Shown here piece by piece: positions 48,558 to 57,996 of a DNA stretch of 64,000 bases. The DNA lies in assembly GCA_963666515.2 (NCBI GenBank), contig OY762897.2, positions 256,001-320,000 on the forward strand, read 5' to 3'. The DNA comes from Candidatus Binatia bacterium (lineage in GTDB: Bacteria; Desulfobacterota; Binatia; UBA9968; JAJDTQ01). The position numbers and the translations under genes are program-made. Position 1 is the first letter of the stretch; each line of letters starts with the position of its first letter. The notes beneath the pieces were generated by a model. It was given only the letters and a program-made list of their open reading frames with translations, did not search any database and had not been told where the DNA came from.

Positions 48558-48674
48558 ATGGGAATGACCTACGTTGACGGCATTGCTCGGGGCGCCGAAG
48601 GACAAGAGCGGGCGGTCCGCATGGCCGTCGAGTTGCGGCGAGTTCCCTGCTGTACGATCCCGATGCCAGGTTGA
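48558..48674 (+). pseudogene. 5' stub resembling a clan AA (retropepsin-like) aspartyl protease
   Basis: MGMTYVDGIARGAEGQERAVRMAV..., breaking off where the D-[ST]-G motif would be expected. Confidence 0.45.
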
Positions 48675-48699
48675 CAGAAGATAGCGGTTGACATATGGT
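48669..48699 (+). promoter_or_regulatory. promoter/operator of the Xre-RES operon
   Basis: TTGACA-N17-TATGGT with direct repeats GGTTGACA at 48669 and 48686. Confidence 0.5.
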
Positions 48700-48719
48700 T
48701 GCCTTGGAAGGGGGCGCGC

Positions 48720-49169
48720 ATGAATACGGAGACGGCGGCGCAGGGGCTGGAACCCGAAGAGACGGCTGAACGGCTTTTCACTGAGCACGGCCAGGACGGC
48801 GTCTGGCTCGATCGCTTCACCGAGTGCCTCGCGGGTCGCCGCGCCGGCGCGTCCCTCGCGCGTACCATTGAGGTATGGGACTTGAGCCAGGCGGCGGCGG
48901 CGCGGCGTTTCCACGTGAGCCGTCAGGCGTTCGCGAAGTGGTTGCGTCAGGGTGCGCCCGCGGAGCGTGCGACGGCAGTCGCCGATCTGGCTGCCGCCAC
49001 CGATCTGCTGGTGCGCCACCTCAAGCGCGACCGTATTCCCGCGGTGGTGCGCCGGCCGATCCCGGCGCTTGGCGGGGTTTCCTTGATGGGCCTGCTGGAG
49101 CGTGGAGATACGCGCGAGCTGCTCGCGGTTTGCCGGGAGATGTTCCGGTTCGAGCGCGCCCAGGGCTGA
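48720..49169 (+). CDS. Xre/HTH antitoxin (MbcA/ParS-like C-terminus)
   Basis: HTH LSQAAAARRFHVSRQAFAKW; RRPIPALGGVSLMGLL; directly upstream of the RES gene. Confidence 0.75.
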   Translation: MNTETAAQGLEPEETAERLFTEHGQDGVWLDRFTECLAGRRAGASLARTIEVWDLSQAAAARRFHVSRQAFAKWLRQGAPAERATAVADLAAATDLLVRHLKRDRIPAVVRRPIPALGGVSLMGLLERGDTRELLAVCREMFRFERAQG

Positions 49170-49171
49170 CC

Positions 49172-49714
49172 GTGGAGTTGCTGTACGAGACGGTCCCTGA
49201 CGGCCACGTGTGGTGGCGGATCGCCGATCAGGCGTGGGTTGATCCGCTCGACCCGGGCTTCGCCAGGGAGGTGGGCGGACGCTGGAACCCGCCGGACAGC
49301 TTCCCGACGCTCTATCTCAATGAAGACATGGTGACAGCGCGGTTGAATCTTCGTGCTTTCATCGCAGGCTGGCCGTACGGACCGGAAGACCTCCGGGAGG
49401 ACACCGGGCCGGTTCTGGTCGGCTGCAGGTTGCCGCGCCGCCAAGTGGTCTGTGACGTACACACCCCGGCGGGCGTCCACGCCGCCGGCATGCCCGCCAC
49501 CTATCCGTTGGATGAAGACGGTACGCTGGTGCCGCACAACCGTTGTCAACCCGTTGGAGCGCGCGCCAAGGCCTTGGGTCTGCGCGGAGTCCGGTCCCGA
49601 TCGGCGCAGGCCCGCGACGGCGCAGGGCGCCAACTGGCGTGGTTTCCCGCCTCGGCCCGCAGCATCGCCCGACGGGTCAGGATGTTGCCTTTCGCGACAT
49701 GGTTTTGGGGGTAG
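49172..49714 (+). CDS. RES-domain toxin
   Basis: WWRIA, GGRWNPP, TLYL, GVRSRSA. Confidence 0.8.
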   Translation: MELLYETVPDGHVWWRIADQAWVDPLDPGFAREVGGRWNPPDSFPTLYLNEDMVTARLNLRAFIAGWPYGPEDLREDTGPVLVGCRLPRRQVVCDVHTPAGVHAAGMPATYPLDEDGTLVPHNRCQPVGARAKALGLRGVRSRSAQARDGAGRQLAWFPASARSIARRVRMLPFATWFWG

Positions 49715-49826
49715 CCGCGAAGCGTCTTGGTAAGGATCGGCTGCGTCCTCAGACGGGAGCCCCGTTGGCGGCGGTTGGGGCGCAGGTTCCCAGGGAGCTT
49801 GGCACTTTCGAGTGCGGAGAACCAGG

Positions 49827-51734
49827 ATGTCAAAATCAACCTTCGCATCGCTTGAACATGAGGACCTGAAGGACTGGGCGGGGCCGGCCGTCTTCAGGCG
49901 CGGACGGGGATATCGGAACCGCGTGTCCGATCTTGCCGTCACCGAGGAAGGGCATATCGTTGCGGAGGTCATGGGAACCGGGCGCTATGTCACGCGTGTG
50001 TGGATGACCGGCGAGGGATTCGACCACGAGTGCACTTGTCCTTACGCGGGGCCGTGCAAACATGCGGTTGCCGTGGGGCTGACCTGCGTTGACTTGGTCA
50101 AGTCTGGAGAGACGATTCCCCTGATAGAGGCCGAGGAACTGGAAATCTGGTTGTTGGAGCATGGTGCCGGGGGCGCTTCGGGAGAAACTATCGATCGCGA
50201 GAAGGCGCGCGCGGCTCTTGAGGCGATGTCCAAGGCTCAGATCGTCGAATGGGCGATGGACAGCTTTGTCGCGCATCCGGGGTTGTTCGATTCCTTGCTT
50301 TCGGCGTCGCCCCTCGTGGACAAGGCGTCGCCCCTCACGGACGAGGCGTTGGCGCGGACGATGGCACGGCTGCGCGCGCAGATCCGGGAGAAGGCAAGCG
50401 AGCCGGGCTGGCAGAGACACTGGGACGACGGCGGGTACACCCCGGACTACACGCCTGTCCGGGCGCAACTCGAAAAGCTTCTGAAAGGCGGACAAGCACA
50501 GACCGTGGTCGAGTTGGGAGAGGATCTGTTTCAAGAGGGTAACCGCCAAGTGATGGCGTCGGATGACGAGGGTGAGACCGCGGACCAGATCAGGGATTGC
50601 ATGGCGGTGGTGCTGGACGCTCTGAGGGAGATTGGGCAGCCCGTCGCGACGCGCTTGATCTGGTACTGGGACAAAGAGTTGGAAGACGAAGGCTGTCTGC
50701 TGGACGGGCTGGAGGCGCCCGTGGACGAGGATGAACTCAGTGAGGCTGAATGGCGCGAGGTCGCTGAAGAGTTCGAGGGGCGGCTGGCCTCCTGCCCCAA
50801 GCCCGAACCGGGCGGCGGGCCGTTCGCCGAACGGTACGAGAGACAGAGGCTGTTGCATCGCGCGACTTTGGCGCTGTCCCGCGCGGGCCAGCAAGAGCGG
50901 GCAGTGGATATGATGATCGCGGAGTTGCCCTACAGCGACAACTACGTCGAACTGGTTCAGTGTCTGATGGCGCGCGGGACCTACGATCAGGCGGCTGATT
51001 GGGCGCGCCAGGGTTTCGGCAAGACCCTGGAACATCTCCCCGGCATCGCGTGGCAGTTGCTGGGCCTGCTGATCGAGATCGCCGGGAGACACGAGGACTG
51101 GTTGCTGGTCGCCGCTCTTCGAGTCGAAGCATTCGTGGCGCGCACGGAAATCGTCAACTACACGGACGCCGAGCAAGCAAGCCGAAAGGCAGGCTGCTGG
51201 AACCGGGTCCGGCAGGCCCTGTTGCGTTTCCTGGAAACGGGAAAGAAGCCTTTGTCCGGAGAGGGCTGGCCGCTTCCCGACACCGGGCTCCAGTGGTCCA
51301 CACCCAAGACACCCAAGTATTTGCGAAGGTCCGCAGCCAGATTTCGGTCACCCTTCCCCGATCACAACCGGCTGATCGAGGTGGCGTTGTACGAGAAACG
51401 AACGGAGGACGCGCTGCGGTGGTTCAAGGAGGCGCCCGGCGAAGGCTATCACGCCGAAGCCGTCGCCGAGGCCGTGGCGACGACGCATTCGGATGTGAGC
51501 TTGGGTATCTGGCGCGGCAGGGCGGAAGGGCTGATCGCCAGGGTCAAGCCCAGCGCGTATCAGGAAGCCATGCCATATTTGTCGCGGATGGGAAGGCTCA
51601 TGCGGGGCCTCGGTCGCGGCGATGAGTACCGCGGTTACATCTCAGGGTTGCGCCGTCTGCACAAGGCCAAGCGGCGCCTGATGAAAGAGTTGGACGAGTT
51701 GGAACGGCGGGACGCAGCCGAACACAGGGACTGA
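49827..51734 (+). CDS. SWIM zinc-finger protein with helical repeat C-terminus
   Basis: RGRGY, VMGTGRY, CTCPYAGPCKHAVA; C-terminal HKAKRRLMKEL. Confidence 0.85.
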   Translation: MSKSTFASLEHEDLKDWAGPAVFRRGRGYRNRVSDLAVTEEGHIVAEVMGTGRYVTRVWMTGEGFDHECTCPYAGPCKHAVAVGLTCVDLVKSGETIPLIEAEELEIWLLEHGAGGASGETIDREKARAALEAMSKAQIVEWAMDSFVAHPGLFDSLLSASPLVDKASPLTDEALARTMARLRAQIREKASEPGWQRHWDDGGYTPDYTPVRAQLEKLLKGGQAQTVVELGEDLFQEGNRQVMASDDEGETADQIRDCMAVVLDALREIGQPVATRLIWYWDKELEDEGCLLDGLEAPVDEDELSEAEWREVAEEFEGRLASCPKPEPGGGPFAERYERQRLLHRATLALSRAGQQERAVDMMIAELPYSDNYVELVQCLMARGTYDQAADWARQGFGKTLEHLPGIAWQLLGLLIEIAGRHEDWLLVAALRVEAFVARTEIVNYTDAEQASRKAGCWNRVRQALLRFLETGKKPLSGEGWPLPDTGLQWSTPKTPKYLRRSAARFRSPFPDHNRLIEVALYEKRTEDALRWFKEAPGEGYHAEAVAEAVATTHSDVSLGIWRGRAEGLIARVKPSAYQEAMPYLSRMGRLMRGLGRGDEYRGYISGLRRLHKAKRRLMKELDELERRDAAEHRD

Positions 51735-51852
51735 GTCTGCGGCCCGCTCGCGCGCTCGCCTTGTCCGCTCACGGGCCGAGTGCTAGTCTCTCTCCCCTGA
51801 CGAGCTTGCCCCGCAAGTTCTCCTGACAACCACCGAAACGGAGGCATGACCC

Positions 51853-52950
51853 ATGATCATCGATCTCGACTCGCACCTGCGCGAGGGATACTTCATGGAC
51901 GAGGTGTACAGGCTGGACGAGCCGTTCGCCCAGTTCACGCCGAGGAAGGCCAACGACCAGGGCCGGAGCCACGGCACCCGCTTCATCCATTCCCTGGAGC
52001 CGCTCAATCCCCAGGGCATCGCCACCCACAAGCATCCCTACATCTACGACCCCAAGATCAACTGGCGCGCCGGCGAGATCGCCGAGCGGCAGGTGGGGGG
52101 CTACGACATGGCGCGGCGGCAGGAGGACATCCGCAAGGAGCGCATCGACAAGGAGATCATCTTCCCCACCGGCATCAGCATCGCCACGCAGAACCAGGGC
52201 CGCCTGGGCGCGGCGCTGGCGCGGGCGTTCAACGACTGGGTGGCGAACCTGGTCAAGGGCTACGAGGACACGTTCCTGCCTTGTGCCATGGCCCCGGCGG
52301 GCTGCCCGGAGGCCATGCCGGACGAGGTGACGCGCTGCGTCAAGGAACTGGGCTTCAAGGCCGCGCACTTGGCGCCCTACGTGGGGTCCCGGAACATGGA
52401 CGACCCGGTGTTCTACCCGTACTACGAGACCGTCCAGGACCTCGGCGTGCCGCTCTTCTGCCATCCCAACAGCAACGGCGACCTCACGGACCGGTTCGAC
52501 AACTTCTACAAGACCCACGTGATGGGACGGGTGATGAACTGCACCGCGGCGCTGGTGGCGTTGGTGCTGGGCGGGGTGTTCGAGAAGTTCCCGCGTCTCA
52601 GGGTGGTGTTCTTCGAGTGCAGCGCGGAATGGATACTCTTCTGGATGCACCGCATGGACGACGACTACGAGTGGGCCAAGGATTTCGTCCAGCTCACCGG
52701 CCACCTGAGCATGGCGCCGTCGGAATACATCAAGCGCAACTGCTACGTGACCTGCGAGGCCGACGAGCGCGACCTGGCCACCCCCATCAAGGAACTGGGC
52801 GAGGACCGCATCTTCCTGGCCACCGACTACCCGCACTTCGATTCGGAGTACCCGCACACGGTATCGGGCATCGAGGAAAGAAGTGACATTACCGACGCGC
52901 AAAAGGCGAAGATCCTGGGTGACAACGCCGAGGAGTTGTTGAATCTGTAG
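51853..52950 (+). CDS. amidohydrolase_2 family protein (ACMSD/LigI-like)
   Basis: IDLDSH, IIFPT, AFNDW, LFCHP, GGVFEKFPRL, ATDYPHFD. Confidence 0.9.
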   Translation: MIIDLDSHLREGYFMDEVYRLDEPFAQFTPRKANDQGRSHGTRFIHSLEPLNPQGIATHKHPYIYDPKINWRAGEIAERQVGGYDMARRQEDIRKERIDKEIIFPTGISIATQNQGRLGAALARAFNDWVANLVKGYEDTFLPCAMAPAGCPEAMPDEVTRCVKELGFKAAHLAPYVGSRNMDDPVFYPYYETVQDLGVPLFCHPNSNGDLTDRFDNFYKTHVMGRVMNCTAALVALVLGGVFEKFPRLRVVFFECSAEWILFWMHRMDDDYEWAKDFVQLTGHLSMAPSEYIKRNCYVTCEADERDLATPIKELGEDRIFLATDYPHFDSEYPHTVSGIEERSDITDAQKAKILGDNAEELLNL

Positions 52951-53037
52951 GGCCTGCGTGTTACGAGCGGTTCAAGAGCCATAGGCTCATGCCACGCGCA
53001 ATCCCCTGACAGACAATTGCAGATCGGAGGAGCGGCC

Positions 53038-53214
53038 GTGAAGGATCGAATTCGAGAGATCGACAAGGAGTACGGGTTCAATCTCAGCGAGGACGAGATC
53101 GAATCCATCGCGAAGCAGGCGGAGGAAACCCACCAACTGCTCCAGGACCTGTACAAGGTCGATGTCGCCGGGGTCATGCCGATCATGAAGATCGACAAGC
53201 AGCGGAAGAGCTGA
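53038..53214 (+). CDS. small GatC/AtzG-like protein
   Basis: 58 aa, GGAGGAG RBS; LSEDEIESIAKQ...L.KVDVAGVMP resembles GatC-type subunits. Confidence 0.55.
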   Translation: MKDRIREIDKEYGFNLSEDEIESIAKQAEETHQLLQDLYKVDVAGVMPIMKIDKQRKS

Positions 53215-53254
53215 CCCCCGCCCGACCCGCGCAACCCCACCCTGCACCGACACC

Positions 53255-54529
53255 ATGGACGACACCACCAAGGAACAGATCCTCCAGCACATCGACGGCC
53301 AGGAGCTGGCCGAGCTGACCCGCGACCTCGTGGACATCCTGAGCCCCACCGGCTCGGAGAAGGAGATCGGCGAGTTCATCCTCGACTGGTACGGGCGCAA
53401 CGGCCTGAAGCCCGTCCGCCAGGAGATCGATCCCAACCGCGTGAATGCGGTGGGCGTGCTCCAGGGCAGCGGCGGCGGCGTGTCGTTGATGATCAACGGC
53501 CACATGGACACGAGCTTCACCGGGCAGGAAGACGACCTGATGCTGTGCCGGGAACTGGAGCCCCAGAGCGAGCTTCAGGGAGCCATACGCGACGGCAAGG
53601 TGTTCGGTCTGGCCGCGTCCAACATGAAGTCCGGTCTGGCGGCCTTCATGGTGGCCGGCAAGGCGCTCAAGAAGAGCGGCGCGCCTCTCAAGGGCGACCT
53701 CATCCTGGCGGCCGTGGCCGGCGAGATCTCCCGCACCCCCATCGGGCCGTACCAATCGGGACTGTACCGCGGCGAGGGCACCGGCACCCGCCACCTGCTG
53801 ACCTACGGCGTCCAGTCCGACTACGCCATCGTGGCGGACCGCTCGGCCCTGTCCATCATCTGGACCCAGGCCGGCGTGGCCCAGTTCAAGATCGACACCT
53901 TCGGCAACCCCCACGCGGCCTGGGGCGTCACCCGGAAGCAGGAGCCGCCCGGGGAGCACAACGCGGTGCTCAAGATGGCCAGCGTGGTGCAGGCGGTGGA
54001 CGCCTGGGCCGAGGAGTTCGAGGCCAACCACGTCTACCAGTCGGCCAACGGGCCGATCATCCCCAAGGTCAACCTCGGCTCGGTGCAGGGGGGCGCTCCC
54101 TACCGGCCCAACTATCACCCGGGCATCTGCTCGCTGTACGTGGACGTGCGCATTCCGCCGGAGCTTCGGCCCATCGAGGTGCAGCGCCAGTTGCGCGCTG
54201 TCATGGACGCCACCGGCTACGAGTACGACATCGAGATGTACACCTCGAAGATGGGCTACGAGGCCAAGGGCATCGAGCCCGTGGTGGAGGTCATCGAGAG
54301 CACGCACCAGGAGCTGTTCGGCGAGAAGACCACCCCGGCCAACACCTTCCGCTCCAGCATCTGGACCGACACCAACATCTACAACGAGATGGGCATTCCC
54401 GCCTGCAAGTTCGGCCTCGGCGGAGGCCGATGGACCACCCGGTCGGAGCAGATCGACATCGACGAGATCGTGCGGGCGTCGAAGATCTACGCGCTGTCCG
54501 CGGCGACCGTCTGCAACTGGAGCCGGTAG
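53255..54529 (+). CDS. M20 family (ArgE/DapE-like) protein with atypical metal ligands
   Basis: SPTGSE, INGHMDT, GLAASNMKSG, AGEIS, NAVLKMA, NLGSVQGG, DVRIPP. Confidence 0.85.
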   Translation: MDDTTKEQILQHIDGQELAELTRDLVDILSPTGSEKEIGEFILDWYGRNGLKPVRQEIDPNRVNAVGVLQGSGGGVSLMINGHMDTSFTGQEDDLMLCRELEPQSELQGAIRDGKVFGLAASNMKSGLAAFMVAGKALKKSGAPLKGDLILAAVAGEISRTPIGPYQSGLYRGEGTGTRHLLTYGVQSDYAIVADRSALSIIWTQAGVAQFKIDTFGNPHAAWGVTRKQEPPGEHNAVLKMASVVQAVDAWAEEFEANHVYQSANGPIIPKVNLGSVQGGAPYRPNYHPGICSLYVDVRIPPELRPIEVQRQLRAVMDATGYEYDIEMYTSKMGYEAKGIEPVVEVIESTHQELFGEKTTPANTFRSSIWTDTNIYNEMGIPACKFGLGGGRWTTRSEQIDIDEIVRASKIYALSAATVCNWSR

Positions 54530-54592
54530 TGTCCCGTCCCGCAACGTCATTGATGAGACAGGGCGCCGAAGGTTCCCCGGCCCGGAGACGAA

Positions 54593-55099
54593 ATGGAACC
54601 CGTACTCGCTGAAAAGATCGTCCACGGCTTGAAGGCGGCGGGCATCGATTTCATGACCTACCTGCCGGAGAGCCGGCTGAGCCAGATCCTGCCGCTCCTG
54701 CGCGAGGACGGCACGGTGCAACTGGTGGGCGCCGCCAGCGAGCAGGAGGCCATCACCATCGCCGCGGGCGCGGCCCTCGGCGGCAAGCGGGTGGCCTGCT
54801 ACATGGAGAGCACCGGGCCCTATGTCTCCGCCTACTCGCTCCTCACCGTGGGCAAGCAGATGGGCGTGCCGATTCTGCTGCTCATCGGCTTCCTGGGCAG
54901 CTTCGCCGATCAGCGCAACAGCTTCCTTTACGTCACCATCGGCATGCGCATGATCCCCACCCTCGAAGGGCTGGGGCTCGAATACCGCGTCATCGAGAAC
55001 GCCGACAACCTGGAGCGGCACATCCGGGACGCGCAGCGGGTGAGCGACTCCATGCGGGCGCCGGCCGCCCTGATCTTCTCCGGGGAGTTCGCCCGATGA
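54593..55099 (+). CDS. TPP-dependent decarboxylase alpha subunit (ComD-like)
   Basis: YLPES, SEQEAITIAAGAALGG, MESTG. Confidence 0.8.
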   Translation: MEPVLAEKIVHGLKAAGIDFMTYLPESRLSQILPLLREDGTVQLVGAASEQEAITIAAGAALGGKRVACYMESTGPYVSAYSLLTVGKQMGVPILLLIGFLGSFADQRNSFLYVTIGMRMIPTLEGLGLEYRVIENADNLERHIRDAQRVSDSMRAPAALIFSGEFAR

Positions 55100-55698
55100 T
55101 CCGGCGCGACTGTCTTGAGCTCATCGCGCCGTTGATGACCGATCAGCTTGTGCTGTCCTCTCAGAGCGGCCAGCGCATCGAATGGTTCCACCTGTCGCAG
55201 CACGAGGGCAACCTGCTGGTGGGCATGATGGGTTGCGCCACGGGCGTGGGCATGGGACTGGCGCTGGCGCTGCCCCACCGTCGCGTCATCGTGCTCGAAT
55301 CCGACGGCAGCGTGCTGCTGTCGCTGTTCAACCTGCCGACCCTGGGCAATCTCAATCTGTCCAACCTGACGGTGTTCGTGTTCGACAACGAGGTGTACAG
55401 CGGCAGCACCATGAGCGAGCCCACGGCCACGGCCGGCAAGACCGACCTGGAGGCCATCGCCCGTGCCTCGGGCATAGAGAACGCGGTCACCGTGCACGAC
55501 GTCGAGGGCTTCAAGGAGCACGGCCTGCCGGGCGTGACCGGCGAGGGGCTCCACTACGTCATATGCAAGGTGGAGGAGAGCCTCATCCACCGCGAGATCC
55601 CGCGCCCCAACGTCGATCTGGCGGAGTACAAGTACCGGTTCGTTCGCTACATCGAGCGCACCGAGGGCATTACCATTCCTTTCGTCGGCCTGGGATAG
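55096..55698 (+). CDS. TPP-dependent decarboxylase beta subunit (ComE-like)
   Basis: GMGLALALP, ESDGSVLL...DNEVY (variant GDG..N motif), TDLEAIARASG; ATGA overlap. Confidence 0.82.
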   Translation: MIRRDCLELIAPLMTDQLVLSSQSGQRIEWFHLSQHEGNLLVGMMGCATGVGMGLALALPHRRVIVLESDGSVLLSLFNLPTLGNLNLSNLTVFVFDNEVYSGSTMSEPTATAGKTDLEAIARASGIENAVTVHDVEGFKEHGLPGVTGEGLHYVICKVEESLIHREIPRPNVDLAEYKYRFVRYIERTEGITIPFVGLG

Positions 55699-55767
55699 AG
55701 GCGCCGCCCCATCCCGGAGCCGGCATTCCGAAGTCATCAAACCAAACCACAAGGAGGTGCAATCGTC

Positions 55768-56280
55768 ATGCCGACCAACCAAGAGGCAGTGAAACGTCAG
55801 GAAGCGGAGAAGACCGAGTACGACTGGGGTACGCTCTGGCCGCACTATCACAAGGAGAGGATGAACTGGGCCACCGGGTTCCGCACCAAGGGCGACGTGG
55901 ACATCCTGTTCCTTTCCGGCTCCACCGGACGCGACCCGTTCGAGGACGCGCCCTGCCGGGAGCCCGGCGAGGAGCGGTCCGGCCGCGGCAAGGTCGTCGG
56001 CGGCATCAAGGAGCAGACCCGTCAGGCCTGGCAGGACATCAAGGACAACCTGGAGATGATGGGCGGCGAGCTGAAGAACATCGTCATGATCCGCTATTTC
56101 CTCACCCGGCGCGAGGACGTGTTCGACATGCGTGACGAGATGTACGCGTTCTTCGAGGAGCACGAGCCCGATCTGCGGGCCCATCCCCGTCCCGCCACCC
56201 TGCTGCGCGGCGTCGGCATCGACCTGCAGGACATGCTTATCGAGATCGAGGCATGGGCCGCGGTGCCGCGCAAGAAGTAG
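55768..56280 (+). CDS. RidA/YjgF family protein
   Basis: LFLSGSTG, IKEQTRQA..NL, PRPATLL.GV, LIEIEAWA. Confidence 0.85.
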   Translation: MPTNQEAVKRQEAEKTEYDWGTLWPHYHKERMNWATGFRTKGDVDILFLSGSTGRDPFEDAPCREPGEERSGRGKVVGGIKEQTRQAWQDIKDNLEMMGGELKNIVMIRYFLTRREDVFDMRDEMYAFFEEHEPDLRAHPRPATLLRGVGIDLQDMLIEIEAWAAVPRKK

Positions 56281-56296
56281 CCGCCTGAAACGCGAT

Positions 56297-56329
56297 GCGG
56301 GGGGTCGCCGGCAAGCCGGCGGCTCCCGC
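56297..56329. terminator. GC-rich hairpin between convergent RidA and xth genes
   Basis: GCGGG..GTCGCCGGC-AA-GCCGGCGGC..CCCGC; no U-tract. Confidence 0.4.
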
Positions 56330-56352
56330 GTCCATCCAACCCGACACCGACC

Positions 56353-57126
56353 CTACAGCCAGTCCAGTTCCGCCATCACCGGCGCGTGGTCCGACGGCTT
56401 CGAGCCCTTGCGTTCGTCCCGGTCGACGCCGGCCGACGTCGAGCGCGACGCCAGTTCCGGAGTGGCGAGGATGTGGTCGATGCGGAGCCCCTGGTTGCGC
56501 GGAAACGCGAGCTGGCGGTAGTCCCACCACGAATAGAGCCCCGGCTCCGGGTTGTGTTTACGGACCACGTCCTCAAGCCCCCAATCCGACAGCCGAGTCA
56601 TCACGCCGGTCATGTCGGGGTTGAAGAGCACGGTGCCGCGCCACTCGTCCGGCTCGGCCACGTCCGCCACGTCGGGAGCGATGTTGAAATCGCCGGAGAT
56701 CAGCAGCGGCGTGCCCGGCGCGTGGGTCCTGTCGAGATAGGCGAACAGGCGCTCCAGCCATTCGCGCTTGTAGACGTACTTGTCCGAATCGACCGTGCTC
56801 CCGTTGGGGACGTAGACCGAAATGAACCGGATGCCCTGGACCATGCCGCAGATGCAGCGCGCCTGGGGATCGTCCACCCCATCGTCGAAACCGATGCGCA
56901 CGTCCTCGATGGGCTCGCGTGACAGGATCGCCACGCCGTTGTAGGTCCTCTGGCCGTGCGCCGCGGCGTGATAGCCTTGCTCCTTCAGCACCTCGTGGGG
57001 AAACTGCTCGTCGGTGACCTTGGTCTCCTGAAGGCACACCACGTCGGGGCCCTGGCGCGACAGCCAGTTCAGCAGCCGCTCCTCCCGCGCGCGGATGGAG
57101 TTGAGATTCCACGTGACGACTTTCAA
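56353..57126 (-). CDS. xth: exodeoxyribonuclease III
   Basis: TWNLNSIR, CLQETK, YNGVA, YVPNG, GDFNIAP, SWWDYR, RIDHIL, SDHAPV. Confidence 0.96.
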   Translation of the reverse strand: MKVVTWNLNSIRAREERLLNWLSRQGPDVVCLQETKVTDEQFPHEVLKEQGYHAAAHGQRTYNGVAILSREPIEDVRIGFDDGVDDPQARCICGMVQGIRFISVYVPNGSTVDSDKYVYKREWLERLFAYLDRTHAPGTPLLISGDFNIAPDVADVAEPDEWRGTVLFNPDMTGVMTRLSDWGLEDVVRKHNPEPGLYSWWDYRQLAFPRNQGLRIDHILATPELASRSTSAGVDRDERKGSKPSDHAPVMAELDWL

Positions 57127-57146
57127 GTTCTCCTCCTCTCTGCCGT

Positions 57147-57941
57147 TTACGCCCCCACCGTCCAGTACCGGCCGTTGCTCCGCCTCAACGCGAGCGGCAT
57201 CTCGTAAAGCTCCTGCAGCAGCGTCTCGGTGATGACCTTGCCGGTTTCGCCGGCCCGCAACACCCGGCCGTCCTTCAGCACCAGGGCCTTCTCGAAGGCG
57301 GGCAGGATCTCCTCGATGTGATGCGTGACGTACACCAGCGCGGTGGCGTCGCTGGTGCGCCCCAACTCTTGGAGCGCCGCCAGCAGGCTCTCCCTCGCTC
57401 CCGGATCCAGGCCGGCGCACGGCTCGTCCAGGAACATCAGGTAGGGGCGGGTCATCAGCGCCCGGCTGATGAGGACCTTCTGCTGCTCTCCCTGGGACAG
57501 CGTGCCGAACCCCTGGTCCTTCAGGTGCAGGCATCCCATGCGCTCCATCAGGACCTCGGCCTGCGCGAAGTCCTCTTCGACCGGATGGACCGTGGACATT
57601 TCCAGCAGTCCGATCTGCGCGAACTTGCCCGACACCACCGTCCGCAACGCCGGTTCCCGGCCCGGTATCTGGGAGGTGAGGGACGCCGTGACCCAGCCGA
57701 TGCCCTTGCGCAATTCCCGGAGGTCCACCCGCCGGCTGCCGTTGCGGTAGACGACGCCCCCCTGGTTGGGCCACAGGTAGCCGCATGCCATCTTCAGCAG
57801 CGTGGTCTTGCCCGAACCGTTGGGTCCCAGGATCACCCAGTGCTCGCCCCGGCCGACCGTCCAGGCAATGGAGTCGAGGATCGTCCGCTGCCCCGCGGAG
57901 TACGAGACGTTGCGTATGTCGAGCGGGACTGCCGTGTCCAT
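57147..57941 (-). CDS. ABC ATP-binding protein (ModF/YlmA-like)
   Basis: GEHWVILGPNGSGKTT, LSQGEQQK, LDEPCAGLD, VTHHIEEI. Confidence 0.9.
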   Translation of the reverse strand: MDTAVPLDIRNVSYSAGQRTILDSIAWTVGRGEHWVILGPNGSGKTTLLKMACGYLWPNQGGVVYRNGSRRVDLRELRKGIGWVTASLTSQIPGREPALRTVVSGKFAQIGLLEMSTVHPVEEDFAQAEVLMERMGCLHLKDQGFGTLSQGEQQKVLISRALMTRPYLMFLDEPCAGLDPGARESLLAALQELGRTSDATALVYVTHHIEEILPAFEKALVLKDGRVLRAGETGKVITETLLQELYEMPLALRRSNGRYWTVGA

Positions 57942-57996
57942 GTTTTCCGTTTCTCCTCGTTGCCAACACAGGGCGAAGGTTCTAAATAGCATTCCT

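Noticed and set aside
46246-49714. Integron cassette array
   Set aside because: No recurring attC-like sites or intI recognised between the small genes.
50303-50349. 21-nt tandem repeat in the SWIM gene
   Set aside because: In-frame two-copy duplication in a linker (SPLVDKA/SPLTDEA); probably neutral slippage.
56353-57969. 538-aa extended xth
   Set aside because: The extension is an off-frame reading of the ABC ATPase; xth starts at TTG 57126 after GAGGAGGAG.
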